64,000 nt of DNA from Candidatus Heimdallarchaeota archaeon (GCA_019057815.1 JAHLWR010000007.1:1-64000); one strand, 5' to 3'. Positions 50,305 through 62,102 are shown, counted from the stretch's first letter. The notes: a model not told the origin generated them from the letters alone. Numbers and translations: made by a program.

Positions 50305-51051
50305 TCAATCAAATTTTACGTTTTTACTCTTCAAATCTATTTCAATTAAAACTTCATTTTCTATAATTTTTGCAGGTTTTCCTAATGTTGGCAATAATGA
50401 TGAACTAATAACTAGAGCTGTAGAACTTTCGTATAATTTCATTTTATAATAATTCGGATGACTCTTATGGAACACACCCACCCATACTTTTTCTGGTGAA
50501 GCTAGTACAAAATTAGCTCCAGAATAATCCCAACCATCTAAAGTTGCTTCAACTATTTTCCTATTCAATGTCCAATTATTCTTTTTCATTCCTGTTAAGA
50601 GTGAAAAGAAAAATAGTTCTGAATCTGTTGACCCTTCAAGGTGAAATACTTCTTCATCATACTTTTCGATTTGATTTTTTATTGTACCATTATGTGCAAA
50701 AACAAATTCCTTGTTACTATTGTGCCAATAAAAAGGATGATTGTTGTGAACATTAACTTCTATACCTGGAGATGCTCGTCTGGCATGTAAAAGAAGAAAT
50801 TTAGAGCGTAAATTTATCCATTCATCTATTGGAGCATTTTGAAAAATCGGTTCTACGAAGCAATGAGTCGCAAAGTGACCTTTTTCATAAAATGCATATC
50901 CGAAACCATCAGCATGATTATATGATTTGTCTTGATTGTGCTCATGTAAGTCTCTTTTTATCCCTTCAGGATAATCAGCACAAGAATCCAAAAAATCCTT
51001 ATAAACACTTTTTTTCAATGGTTTCCCAATTTGTACTAAGATTCTGCACAT
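50305..51051 (-). CDS. Class II glutamine amidotransferase (EgtC/YafJ-like)
   Basis: MCR N-terminus, HADGFG, HARRAS, NNHPF, FAHNG, TDSE. Confidence 0.92.
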   Translation of the reverse strand: MCRILVQIGKPLKKSVYKDFLDSCADYPEGIKRDLHEHNQDKSYNHADGFGYAFYEKGHFATHCFVEPIFQNAPIDEWINLRSKFLLLHARRASPGIEVNVHNNHPFYWHNSNKEFVFAHNGTIKNQIEKYDEEVFHLEGSTDSELFFFSLLTGMKKNNWTLNRKIVEATLDGWDYSGANFVLASPEKVWVGVFHKSHPNYYKMKLYESSTALVISSSLLPTLGKPAKIIENEVLIEIDLKSKNVKFD

Positions 51052-51116
51052 TAACTTCCATTACGGTTATTTTAATCCCTATATTTCTTTTTTTCCCTAA
51101 GAAGGTTATTATTCAT

Positions 51117-52469
51117 CTATCTTTGAATTAAATGGGTTTTCGTTACTAAATCTTTCTTTTTCACAAAGAATCCAATTACAATAGCAGAGATGAAAGCTAA
51201 AATGGTTGTGACTATCATAATCACTTGAATACCAAAAACTTCTACATTCCCAAACGTCCATGTGTGGGGTGCAAAAAGATCATACATGATTCCACCTAGT
51301 AATGGTCCGAAGATTGCACCTATATTATGAAACATCTGTACATTTCCAAATTCTAACCCTCTTTTTTCAGCTTCAACTAAATCTGCTTGCAATGCCCTGA
51401 AGGCAGGCATGTTGGTTTGTTGTACCATTTGTCTTACTATAAAAAGTGATAATAATGCAAAAGATGCCATCTTGAACCCAAGGAAGAAAAGAAGCGAACC
51501 TGATAACACAGCTGTAACTATAACTACAGCTTTTTTATTGGTTTTATCGCTAAGATATCCCCCAATAGGACTAAATATTACTCCTGCTATCCCAGCTATT
51601 CCAAAAACAATTCCAATATATTCTTCTGATAGATAATAATACTCATTTAAGAAAAGTGCTAGTACTGGAAAAATCATTGAGAATCCGAAACCGTTGGAGA
51701 AAGCCATTACAAATATAGCTCTAAGGCTTCCTGTTCTTTCTCTCCAAAATGAGGGTTTAAGGAAACTAGGAATATTTAACCTAATAGATGCAGAAGATTT
51801 GATTACTTCCTTGATTGCTATCCATATTTCTTTCAAAGACATTTTTGCTGTACCTGTCTTAGGATCTACAACTAACAGATTAAAGATTACAAAAGATAAG
51901 GATGTTAAAGCTCCCATGAGGAAGAAAGTTACCTGAAAAGCAGCAATTTCAGAATTAACTATCAATCTAGAAAGACTCAACAAGCCACTACCTAGAAAAG
52001 GACCGATTGACCATCCAAGTGTCATCGAAAGAATAAACCATCCGAGATTTCTCCCTCTCGTATTTTCCTCTGAAATATCAACAACTGTTGACTCAGCTAC
52101 AGGCCACACTAAGGCTGATGCGACACCTTGTAGGAATCTGACTGTGAAAAGAGACCAAAAAGCAGTAGCTAGACCGAAACCAAAAGTTAAGATTGCATAC
52201 ATTGCGAAACCGACAACCATAATAGGTTTCCGACCAGCCTTATCGCTTAATTTACCAAAAAAGGGGGCTAGAAAAGCTCTAGAAATCATCATTGCCGATG
52301 TTAGTAAGCCAATTTGTGTTACAACACCAATCCTCACAAAACCCCAGTCCCACTCGTAAAAAAACAATCTAGCATACAATGAAAGGAAAGGCAAAATAGC
52401 TCCAAACCCTAAGTTAACCACAAAACTAGATAACATTAAACCCATTAGAGTTTGAGTCTGTTTTCGCAT
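51117..52469 (-). CDS. MFS transporter
   Basis: GKLSDKAGRK motif A, 12 TM helices. Confidence 0.93.
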   Translation of the reverse strand: MRKQTQTLMGLMLSSFVVNLGFGAILPFLSLYARLFFYEWDWGFVRIGVVTQIGLLTSAMMISRAFLAPFFGKLSDKAGRKPIMVVGFAMYAILTFGFGLATAFWSLFTVRFLQGVASALVWPVAESTVVDISEENTRGRNLGWFILSMTLGWSIGPFLGSGLLSLSRLIVNSEIAAFQVTFFLMGALTSLSFVIFNLLVVDPKTGTAKMSLKEIWIAIKEVIKSSASIRLNIPSFLKPSFWRERTGSLRAIFVMAFSNGFGFSMIFPVLALFLNEYYYLSEEYIGIVFGIAGIAGVIFSPIGGYLSDKTNKKAVVIVTAVLSGSLLFFLGFKMASFALLSLFIVRQMVQQTNMPAFRALQADLVEAEKRGLEFGNVQMFHNIGAIFGPLLGGIMYDLFAPHTWTFGNVEVFGIQVIMIVTTILAFISAIVIGFFVKKKDLVTKTHLIQR

Positions 52470-52639
52470 TTAATCTTCGTTTAAAATTTTATTTAAAAAT
52501 ATGTTCATAAGAAAAAAATGTTTTTGCATTAGAGAAAATCCTTACTTTTCATTTATTTCTCTTTGTTTATACAATTGTTTTACACGCTGAAAATATTCTT
52601 TACCTCAACATTTTTGAATAAGTGTACAAATGTGCGTTT

Positions 52640-53935
52640 ATGACAAATCTTGGATTCACGCACGTAAAGGATGTGTCTCCCAATCTTGAAGAAGTGCAAC
52701 TTAGAGGTTGGGTTTATAGAATAAGAAAAATGAAAGGTAAGATTTTCGTGGTATTACGAGATTCAACTGGTATAATGCAATGTGTTGGATCTGTCGACAA
52801 ACTTTCTGAAGAAGCTTGGTTAGATTTGAACAACTCAGCTATTGAAAACACCATTTCTGTTAAAGGTGTTCCTAAAGAAGATAACCGTGCAGTGAATAAT
52901 GTTGAGCTTCATCTTGATGATTACAATCTTATGCACAGAGGGGAAATGTTTCCTACAGCGAAAGATCAATCTAAAGAATTCTGGCTCGATTATAGACATT
53001 TGTGGCTTCGTACAACAAGAGCTACGCACATTATGAAAGTGAAAGCTTCGGTTCTTAGAGCTTCAAGAGAGTGGTTCTTTGAAAACGACTTTCATGAAAC
53101 TACACCACCGATAATATCAACAGGAGCTGTCGAAGGTGGATCTACCCTTTTCAATTTCAAGTATTTCGAACACGATGCTTGTCTCAGCCAAAGTGCTCAA
53201 TTATATTTAGAAGCCTTAATCTTTGGTCTAGAAAAAGTTTATGCCATTACACCTAGTTTCAGAGCTGAAAAAATGAGGACTAGGAGACATATTAATGAGT
53301 TTTGGCATATAGAAGGAGAAGAAGCTTTTGTAGATTTCTACGAAAACATGAAGATTCAAGAAGAATTAGTATCATACATTGTTCATTATGTTCTTGATAA
53401 CAATAAATATGAGCTAAAAGAACTAAAAAGAGATACTTCTATCCTTGAGGAAATAAAAACACCATTCAAGAAAATCACCTACGAAGAAGCTGTTAATCTG
53501 CTTAACGAAGATGGTTTTACCTTGACTATTAATGACGACATTAAAACTGAAGAAGAAAGGCATTTATCCAACAAATTTGGGGAACTATTCTTTATAACTC
53601 TCGCTCCATCTCATCATAAACCATTTTACACTAAAGAATATGAGAAAGACCCTAAATGGGTTTATTCTGCTGATTTAGTCGCACCTGAAGGTTATGGTGA
53701 AATGATTACAGGGGGACAAAGAGAGGACATACTAGATGTTTTAGTGAAGAGAATTAAAGCTGAAGGTTTTGAACCTGAGAATTATGGCTGGTACCTTGAT
53801 CTTAGAAGATATGGTTCAGCTCCCCATTCAGGCTTTGGATTAGGAGCAGAACGTCTAACATGGTGGATCTGTGGGTTGGAAGATATTCAAGACACTTGTG
53901 CATTCCCCAGAACACGAAATAGGGTATATCCTTAG
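52640..53935 (+). CDS. asnS: Asparagine-tRNA ligase
   Basis: OB fold (LRGWV..LRDSTG), YRHLWLR, LSQSAQLYLE, SFRAEK..RRH..EFW, WYLDLRRYG, GFGLGAER. Confidence 0.93.
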   Translation: MTNLGFTHVKDVSPNLEEVQLRGWVYRIRKMKGKIFVVLRDSTGIMQCVGSVDKLSEEAWLDLNNSAIENTISVKGVPKEDNRAVNNVELHLDDYNLMHRGEMFPTAKDQSKEFWLDYRHLWLRTTRATHIMKVKASVLRASREWFFENDFHETTPPIISTGAVEGGSTLFNFKYFEHDACLSQSAQLYLEALIFGLEKVYAITPSFRAEKMRTRRHINEFWHIEGEEAFVDFYENMKIQEELVSYIVHYVLDNNKYELKELKRDTSILEEIKTPFKKITYEEAVNLLNEDGFTLTINDDIKTEEERHLSNKFGELFFITLAPSHHKPFYTKEYEKDPKWVYSADLVAPEGYGEMITGGQREDILDVLVKRIKAEGFEPENYGWYLDLRRYGSAPHSGFGLGAERLTWWICGLEDIQDTCAFPRTRNRVYP

Positions 53936-53958
53936 AGAACTAAATTCAAGAATCTGAT

Positions 53959-54957
53959 CTAATTATCAAGTTTTTTTCTTCTTTTTTCAATGAAATTTAT
54001 CCATACTTGCATTGCACTGTTTCCTCTATTTCCCCATAAAAAATATGGTATAGCCAGTAAGGTTCTATCGTTACTATCTTTTACTCTAATATTAGAAAAA
54101 CTATCAAATAATCTGCTCTTTTCGGTTTCAAGTGAAGAGTTTTTCTTTATTGTTGCATTAGGAATACATGCACTTGGGTTATCTATGCTCTCAAAACAAT
54201 ATACAATTGGTCCTCTTGAAAAAGCTATTTTATTTAGATTAGTTTTAACTTTGCGATGTGAATAGTTCATTTTTACCGAAACGGGAAAATCAATTTCTAG
54301 TTTATTTGTTTCGATTAAATCATCTTGTATTTTGAAGTAATATGACTTATAAGGTGAATATCCTGAAGCTGTTTGGTTATCCTTACTTAGCTGGGTCTTT
54401 ATTTCTATAATTCTGTCATTTACTTTAATTGAAGGATTTGAAGTCCATGAAGGGATTCTTAAGTACAAGTTCTTTTCCTTAAAACCTTCAAAAGAAATAG
54501 AAATATTCGTTTTACCATAATAAGGGATTTCAGTGTCCATTTTGCATGAAATTCTTTTTTTATTTTTTTCATCTACTGTAATTGTTGTTTCGTTTCCTAT
54601 ATATTGATGAATCCATAGAGAGTTCTCATTATAGCTATAAATTAACCTTCCAAGCTTTGCTAATGTTCTGGAGATGTTTGAAGGGCAACAAGCAGTTTTG
54701 TACCACTCTTTTCTTTCAAGATTTCCATTAGTCTCCAAAGGATTTTGATAGAAATAGGATTTCCCATCTAATGACATACTTACATTAAGGGCATTATATA
54801 ACTGCCATTCAATTAAATCAGCGTATTTAGCATCTCCTGTATTTAGAAGCATCTCAAAACTCCACAATATCGAACTTATAGCTGCGCAAGTCTCACAATA
54901 TGCAGATTTGTTATCCAACTCATAATCTTTGCCAAAACCCTCTATTATAGGGTCAAC
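53959..54957 (-). pseudogene. GH127 (beta-L-arabinofuranosidase-like) C-terminal half, 5' truncated
   Basis: EGFGKDYEL..AYCETCAA..YFYQNPL..ACCPSN..LRIPSW..RGPIVYC..IPYFLWGNRG. Homology stops at about 54955 where GGIGS is expected. Confidence 0.8.
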
Positions 54958-56011
54958 AGATAGCTTTATAAGGGAATCTTTTAGTCGAAGGGAAAATTCG
55001 ACTGAATTGTTGAACCCTCCAAACATTCTTAAATTCGAAATGACAAAACCTAAAAAATATTCTATCGGTATGTCCATAGTGGTATATGATGAAACGGGTT
55101 GGAACGTTAAACACTCTATCCTCAATAATGAAGTCGTTGATTGTATAAATGGATCAAATATTATTGAATCTTATATAATTACAAGTATAGTGGAAATATC
55201 AACATTTAATATCTCATCTGAACAAATGGGGTTAGGATATACAGAAAATCTAGATTATTCTGTTTCTATAGTCAATCCTCTGTTTATAGATAACACAATT
55301 GTAATGAATTATATATCTGAAAATTGGACCTTTTTGTGTTCTAATATCTATATTGAAGATATTAATGGTAAAGAAATCAACGATAATAGTGAAGTTGAAG
55401 TTTATTTTATAGATAAATATAGTTATGAAATCGTAGATGTTTTTACTTTGAAATATTTAATAGATATTTATTGGAATGGTAACTATAGTCTTCAACATCT
55501 CCATGAGAGTGAGATTATAGTAAAAATAATCGCTTTTGGAGAACAACAATATGGATCATTAGTTGTAGGTAATATAACTATACAACATCAATTAGTTGTT
55601 GAACAACCTACAATAAATAAAATAGGTGTAGATGTGTTTAATATAAGTGTAGGAGCTACATATTCTAAGTTGAATGAAAGGAATATTTTCACTCAAAATG
55701 TTTATGCATCTATTGTGTTATACAGATTAAAGGGTGATTTTATAAATAGTTTTGATATAGAACATTGCCTCCACCAAGATATGTGGGTAATATCTCTAAA
55801 TTTTAGCTCTTATCCAGAAGGAGAGTATTATGTTAAGGCAAATTTTTATTATATTGGAAAGATAGTTATCTCTCTTTCATCATTGACCTTTATTATTGGA
55901 GAGACAGAATCTACAACATCATTTACAAGTTTAAATGTTTTCTGGGGTGTTTTTGTTCTTTTATCATTAGAGGTAGTTATATTTATTGTTAAAAAACATA
56001 ATAAAATATAA
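54950..56011 (+). pseudogene. C-terminal part of a surface protein (Ig-like region + TM anchor), 5' truncated
   Basis: Beta-rich, Thr/Ser linker, TM, KKHNKI tail; no signal peptide; begins at the GH127 breakpoint. Confidence 0.55.
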
Positions 56012-56025
56012 CAATTTTTTTCAAA

Positions 56026-56877
56026 CTATGTTCTTTTTACGTCCCTTTTTATATCTGAATAATAATCTAAAAAAAGTTCTTTAAGGCCTTTAGGTAAATT
56101 TTTATCAAGTAAAAGTTTTTTGGATATAGTTTTTCCATTCCATTTTAAAGTACCAGATTTATAGAAGAATCCACTTTCACATCCATATCCATCGTAAGGA
56201 CAAAGGTTATTATCAAAAAGACATATATCCTCTAAAGTAGGACATTTAGCTAAAGGTGCTAAATCTATAGTTTTTAGATTGTTGGAATGGATGTTAATTT
56301 CGGATAAACTTGAGCATCCTTCCAGAGGTTTTAAGTCTATGGTTTGAAGTTTATTTTCATAGATCCTAACATACCTAAAAGAGGTACTATGAGATATAGA
56401 AGGTAAGGTGATTTTAGTTAATAGGTTATGATCAAAAAAAATTCCCAGTAAGTTTGGGCAATTGCTTAGGGGGGTACAATCTACATTAGTAAGTTGATTC
56501 CAATTGAGATAGATGTGTTTTAGTGTAGGATGATTTTCGAAAGGGCTTAAATCAATACTAGTTAATTTGTTATTTGACAGGTCAATCTTTTCCAATGCTG
56601 GACATTTAGATAGGGGTTTTAAATCAATACTAGTTAATTTGTTTTCTGAAAGGTTAATCTCTTTTAAATTAGGACTGTTGGCTAAAGGTTGAAGATTGAT
56701 ACTTTTTAAATAATTATAAGAGAATTTCATAGATATTACTTTTTTACTCTCCTTAAAACCACTAAAATCGACACTATCCAGTTGTTTGTTATAATAATCT
56801 AAATGGTAAGGATTATATCCACACTCAAATCTTTCAACTTTTTTACCTTTTATTTTAGACAACTTTAAATCATCCAT
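56026..56877 (-). CDS. Leucine-rich repeat protein
   Basis: About 7 repeats of LxxIxLxxNxLxxIDLxPLxxCxx. Confidence 0.92.
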   Translation of the reverse strand: MDDLKLSKIKGKKVERFECGYNPYHLDYYNKQLDSVDFSGFKESKKVISMKFSYNYLKSINLQPLANSPNLKEINLSENKLTSIDLKPLSKCPALEKIDLSNNKLTSIDLSPFENHPTLKHIYLNWNQLTNVDCTPLSNCPNLLGIFFDHNLLTKITLPSISHSTSFRYVRIYENKLQTIDLKPLEGCSSLSEINIHSNNLKTIDLAPLAKCPTLEDICLFDNNLCPYDGYGCESGFFYKSGTLKWNGKTISKKLLLDKNLPKGLKELFLDYYSDIKRDVKRT

Positions 56878-57215
56878 TTTATTCTTAATATAATATTAGT
56901 ATTTTGTGATAAAAACCTATCTAAACATTCGTTCGAGGATTTTGTGTTTTTTAATTTGTAAAATATCAATGAATCTAGAGTTTTTTAGCGATGGTTTTGG
57001 TGTTATTGTGATTTTTAACTTTTTGTTTATCAGAATTGTTATAAAAACAATGTTGATTACTTTAGATTATGGTAATATTAAACATAAGAGATTCTTTTTC
57101 CTAAATGTGCAAATAATCTTGGATATTGACAGAATGATGAGACAATTATTAAATTATAATTAAAAAAGTGTAAGAAAAAAAAAGAAGAAGTATAGATTAG
57201 GTTTAAAGATAATAA

Positions 57216-58752
57216 TCAAGTGTTTTTTTGACCAAAAAATCCTCCACGTGCCCATGAATCAACATATCTCCTAATAAAATAAGCCCAATTATTATCTTTA
57301 TCTATTTTATAAGGTCCTTGATCATTTACATTTTCATACTTGTGTGCTTGTTTATAGGGTTTGTGAAAAGACAGCATAGCCCTCTCAAATTGTCCGAAAA
57401 GTTCAGGATAACGGTTATTGAAACTTAAAGCTTCAGGAACAAGATAACGTAAATTTTCTAGGATATTAAAAATCTTCAAACTAGTAATTTTTGGATTTGT
57501 TACCAAATTTATTTCTATCTTAAACGTTTTTGATCCTGGGTTTGTTTCCACAAGTTTAATATCTATAGCTCGTAAGTCTGTAGGTCTTATACTAGGTGGT
57601 ATATATGTTGATTTTCTATCTTTAATAAATGAACAATAATCGTCTAATTTTTCAATCATACCTATAATTTCTACGGTGTCAATAATTTCTTGGTCAGATA
57701 TTCCTTTTAAAGATAGATAAAATCTCGTCGGACTACTTTTACACGGTGAATCATTTCGAAGGCCTTTAAAAACTAACTCTAAAGCATCTCTAGCGGTTGT
57801 TAAACCTAGTCCCCTTCCGTTATCAAGAGAGTTAATAAGGTTCATTAAAGCGAAATCTTTGAAATTTTTATTTGAGTCAAAAGCAGTTGTAGGCCATACT
57901 ACTTCCGAAGTACCTATTATATTTCCGCCTAATTTTTCAATAAGGGATAATAAAGTGTTTCGTTCACATCTAATCCCATCCTCCCCTATGCTAAAAACTC
58001 TTTTTCCTTCCTTTCCTTTTTCTACGAAGAAAATTTTAACACTTGCACCACTTTCTAGTATTACCATCATGTCTTTTTTTAATGCAATTTTGAGATAGTC
58101 ATTACCTTCAAAATGGGCGTCAATGCGGTCATATAGTATTTTTCTAGCATCTATTAACTTATCAGCGTTAATATTCTCTTTTATGTTATTAACAAAATCA
58201 ACGTTGTTTTTTTTGTTTATCGCATCTCTGAAATCTTTATAGAAATAGTTCTGTTTAAGGCATTCGTAATAAGTTTCTCTAATGTGTGTGTGTAGAAGAT
58301 TGAGCCTATTGGGTCTGAACCTTGAATTATAAGGTTGGTATTTTTTTATTATATCTCTTAGGGAAACACTAGGGTCTTTAATATCTTTATGTATATAGCG
58401 TGTATGAATATCAGTTATCAAAGAGCTTTGAAAGTAATCTATAGCGTCAGCAGCATTTGTACGATAACGCCAAGGATCAGTTTCTTCACCTAGTAGATTT
58501 GCCTCTTTGAGTCTTATATATGCTCCGTCACCCCCCATAACAACTTTCCTAGCGTTAGTATTTTCTTTGAAGGCATTAGTTAAGAAATCCATATGTTTAT
58601 CATAAAGACTAATAGCATCATCAAGGTCTAATATAGATGAGTCCATAACATTACAGTGTTTGTAACCAAGATAAAAAGGATTGAAGATTCTTTCATACAC
58701 TTCTGTTTCGGTATCAATATCAAACTTGGGAGTGATTTTAGTATACTGGTTT
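57216..58752 (-). CDS. Unknown protein, probably a 5'-truncated C-terminal fragment
   Basis: Frame open from a TAA near 58755 (NQYTKITPKFDID..) with no ATG or promoter space. Confidence 0.5.
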
Positions 58753-58771
58753 TACTATAATAACGAAGCCC

Positions 58772-59971
58772 GTGGAACCAGAAGAAAATGGGATGTTAAT
58801 CATAAATGCTACTCTCAATACACCTATGAACAGATATGTTATTCTTTTGGGAATAGATGATTTTAATTCAAATAAAACATTTGATGAAGGCATTGATCTT
58901 ACGGATACTCACTTTTGCATACTTATATGGTATGAACACTTGCGTAGAACTTTTGGGATTCCAGATGATAATTTCACAATACTAACAGATAGAGATCCTG
59001 AAAATTCGTGTCTTGATGGAGATACAAATTCTATACAAGGTGTGGATTATTCCTCTTCTCGCTATACCAAACTCCTTACTAATTCATCAACTCAAGCTGC
59101 AACTCGAAATAACACATTGGATGCGCTTGAAGATATACTATGGGACAAAGCTGGAGAGAATGATAGTGTAATAATGTGTTTTATCACTCATGGAAAAGAT
59201 ACCGAAAATGATTTCAGTTTCACCCTTTTAGAGCCTGAGGTGGGTGGAACATGTGAGAAATTGAATGATACTGATATATCAAATATTATAGCTGATAATC
59301 GGTGTGAAACTGGAAAAATTTTCATTTATACACATGCTTGCCATGGAGGAAAACTAGGTGAAATCCTAATGAATAACACAAAGAAAGAGCGTATTTATGT
59401 TACCACAGGATGTGTAGCAGAAGGAATAGTATTAGAGAGATGGCTAAATACATTTCTAGGTAAAGTCTGGATGACTGGGTCTTCACATCCCTATATGAAT
59501 AGACCAACAGTTGCTATGGAGGCTGTTTTTCAAGAAGCAATCTACGAATTTTATTCTCAAATTATGATCAAAATATCCTATTCCTATCTTTATCATATCA
59601 ATAATCCTTCAGAGAGAATTTACTCCTACGTAACTAATGGAATATCATATCATGGTTGGAATGAAAAAGAGTTTATTTCAAACATCCCTGACGAGTATAA
59701 TTACCAGAATGGTTACAGATTCAATTGCTCAACTTTCGCTCTTAATAATGATACTAAGGAATATTATTTCTGCCTTTGGGATAATTGTACAAACAAATAT
59801 ATCTATTTCTTTGATAATTATACACGCTTTGTGGAGCTAGCAGCAGAAAAAGACTATAGTATTAAAACTAATCCAAATATAAGGATTACAGCTATTGATA
59901 TTCATGGATGGGAACACCTTATGCCTTGTGAGTATGATGGTAAACTCTTTAATTACTTCTATCATGGGTGA
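58772..59971 (+). CDS. Caspase/clan CD cysteine peptidase domain protein
   Basis: RYVILLGIDDF, ATRNN..AL, CFITHG (His), HACHGG (Cys). Confidence 0.75.
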   Translation: MEPEENGMLIINATLNTPMNRYVILLGIDDFNSNKTFDEGIDLTDTHFCILIWYEHLRRTFGIPDDNFTILTDRDPENSCLDGDTNSIQGVDYSSSRYTKLLTNSSTQAATRNNTLDALEDILWDKAGENDSVIMCFITHGKDTENDFSFTLLEPEVGGTCEKLNDTDISNIIADNRCETGKIFIYTHACHGGKLGEILMNNTKKERIYVTTGCVAEGIVLERWLNTFLGKVWMTGSSHPYMNRPTVAMEAVFQEAIYEFYSQIMIKISYSYLYHINNPSERIYSYVTNGISYHGWNEKEFISNIPDEYNYQNGYRFNCSTFALNNDTKEYYFCLWDNCTNKYIYFFDNYTRFVELAAEKDYSIKTNPNIRITAIDIHGWEHLMPCEYDGKLFNYFYHG

Positions 59972-60131
59972 AATATCATGTTTGCCTACTCTAATGAACT
60001 TCTTACAGAACAAAATGAAGTTAAGAATCAATAAATAAACATTTTAGAGATTAAAAATATAACAAAAGAAAAGAAAACATAGATAAATGTTTAAAAAGAA
60101 ATATTAACAGTAAAGTAGCTGAGTGAACTAA

Positions 60132-62102
60132 ATGAAAAAGCTAATATTTCAACAAATTGTAATAGCTAAAATCGCGCTAATTGCTATGATAATACTTGTA
60201 GGAACTTCTATCTTTATGCCTACGTTTACTCCTTCTTTTTGTAGATCCGAACCATCATTAGTGAAACTCCTCTTAACTCCTCATGATCCAATTCGTATAA
60301 CCTCTGATAGCGAATTAGAAGTTTTTAATGGTTCAGGAACTGCTGAAGATCCTTACATCATTGAAGGATACAATATTACGTCATTAGCAGAATGTGGTAT
60401 CTTTATTATAGGGACAACTAAGTTTTTCAGCATATCTAATTGCTATATTGATGCTAAAACAGTAGGTATCGATCTTTATTATGTTGCTCCTGGAACAGCT
60501 ACTGTAATAAATAACACCTGTGTCAACAATGATGTAGTTGGTATCGCATTAGTGAATGTTGGTTATGCATCTATAACAAATAATACTTGTATTAACAATG
60601 GAAATGGATTAATTATTCATGAAAATTCTAATGCTGTAAATGTAAATAATAATGATTTTAGCAATAACGAGGGTGAGGGCATTTCGATTAGAGATTCGGA
60701 TTCGTTAACAATTACAAACAATATTTGTAATAATAATAAGATGAAAGGTATTTATGCTTACGATTCTGATTCCTCAACTTTCGTTAATAACACATGCAAC
60801 TTCAACTTCAACGATGATGGCATTCGTCTTCATGAATCTGATTCTTCAACTATCGCAAATAATACCTGCAACTTTAACGATGATGGCATTTGTCTTTATG
60901 AATCTGATTCTTCAACTATCGCAAATAATACCTGCAACAATAATAAAAAGGGCATCTCAGTGTATGATTCTAGATTTTCAATTGTATCCAATAACACTTG
61001 CAATTTTAACGAATATGCCATTCTCATTGTATATGATTCATATCATCCCACTCTTCCTTATCCTGGGTATGCTACGGTTAGAGATAACATCTGCTCAAAT
61101 AACGACTTTGGAATATGGTTAGATGACGCTGATGATTCAGTTTTAACAGGTAATCGATGTTCTGAAAACAATAAAGGGATCTATCTACTGCACTCAAGTT
61201 ATTCAACTGTAACTAATAACACATGTAACGATAATGACCAAGGACTTATTTTGGATAATTCTGGTGTTATCCCCGTCGTTAATAATAGTTTTTATAATAA
61301 CAATAGAAGTATTGTTATTTATAATAGTGGGTCTACAACCCTTACCAATAATACCATGATCAAAGGAGGGTTAGCTGTCTGGGATAATTCATGTCCAGGT
61401 TATCTTTCTCAAAAATTTACCAAAGACAGTAACTGGGTCAATGGTCGCCCTGTAGGTTACTTTACTAACCTCAATGATCTTTCGTTTAACACCTCAGTCT
61501 ATGGTCAACTCTTTTTTATTAACTGCAAGGATATAACCGTGAGTAACCAAAACTTCACTGATGTTACTACTGGAATACTCTTAGCTTATAGTGACTCTTG
61601 TAGAGTCGAAAACTCTCTCTTTGCTGAAAATGTCTGGGGAACTTATTTAGACCATACTCTTTCTACCACACTTACTAACAACTCTTACAAAAATAACAAC
61701 TACGGAGTTTTTCTGCGGGATTCTGACTCTAATATTCTCACTTATAACCACTTTGAAGAAAATGAGCAATATGGAGTTTACTTGGATTCTGCATCCTCTA
61801 ATAATCTTATTCACCACAATGCTTTCATCGACAACAACCCCGAAGGTACTAGTCAAGCTTATGATGGAGGTACGGATAACCTTTGGTATGAGAAGCGAAA
61901 AGGTAACTACTGGTCAGACTATGAAAAAGGAGATTACTTGATTGATGGAATAGCTAACTCTACTGATCGTCATCCTCTAACTGATATTCCTACCGCTTCA
62001 ACTCCTCTATCCTCAGTTTTTATAGTGGGTGTTATTATCCTCGCTTGTATAGTTTCATTAAGGAGTAGCGTTAGAAAGAAGAAGAAAACAACAAAACTAT
62101 AA
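60132..62102 (+). CDS. NosD-like parallel beta-helix surface protein
   Basis: Signal peptide, PHDPI..GSGTAEDPYIIEG, many NNTC rungs, GNYWSD, TM+RKKKK. Confidence 0.88.
   Translation: MKKLIFQQIVIAKIALIAMIILVGTSIFMPTFTPSFCRSEPSLVKLLLTPHDPIRITSDSELEVFNGSGTAEDPYIIEGYNITSLAECGIFIIGTTKFFSISNCYIDAKTVGIDLYYVAPGTATVINNTCVNNDVVGIALVNVGYASITNNTCINNGNGLIIHENSNAVNVNNNDFSNNEGEGISIRDSDSLTITNNICNNNKMKGIYAYDSDSSTFVNNTCNFNFNDDGIRLHESDSSTIANNTCNFNDDGICLYESDSSTIANNTCNNNKKGISVYDSRFSIVSNNTCNFNEYAILIVYDSYHPTLPYPGYATVRDNICSNNDFGIWLDDADDSVLTGNRCSENNKGIYLLHSSYSTVTNNTCNDNDQGLILDNSGVIPVVNNSFYNNNRSIVIYNSGSTTLTNNTMIKGGLAVWDNSCPGYLSQKFTKDSNWVNGRPVGYFTNLNDLSFNTSVYGQLFFINCKDITVSNQNFTDVTTGILLAYSDSCRVENSLFAENVWGTYLDHTLSTTLTNNSYKNNNYGVFLRDSDSNILTYNHFEENEQYGVYLDSASSNNLIHHNAFIDNNPEGTSQAYDGGTDNLWYEKRKGNYWSDYEKGDYLIDGIANSTDRHPLTDIPTASTPLSSVFIVGVIILACIVSLRSSVRKKKKTTKL
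60810..60938 (+). repeat. 66-bp in-frame tandem duplication
   Basis: ACGATGATGGCATT(C/T)GTCTT(C/T)ATGAATCTGATTCTTCAACTATCGCAAATAATACCTGCAAC twice. Confidence 0.85.

Noticed and set aside
54958-55125. N-terminal ~55 aa of the ORF-track GH127 protein
   Set aside because: Antisense read-through into the neighbouring gene; not GH127-like.
54950-58745. Invertible shufflon-like segment
   Set aside because: Inversion would still leave 3' halves head to head; no matching inverted repeats or recombinase.
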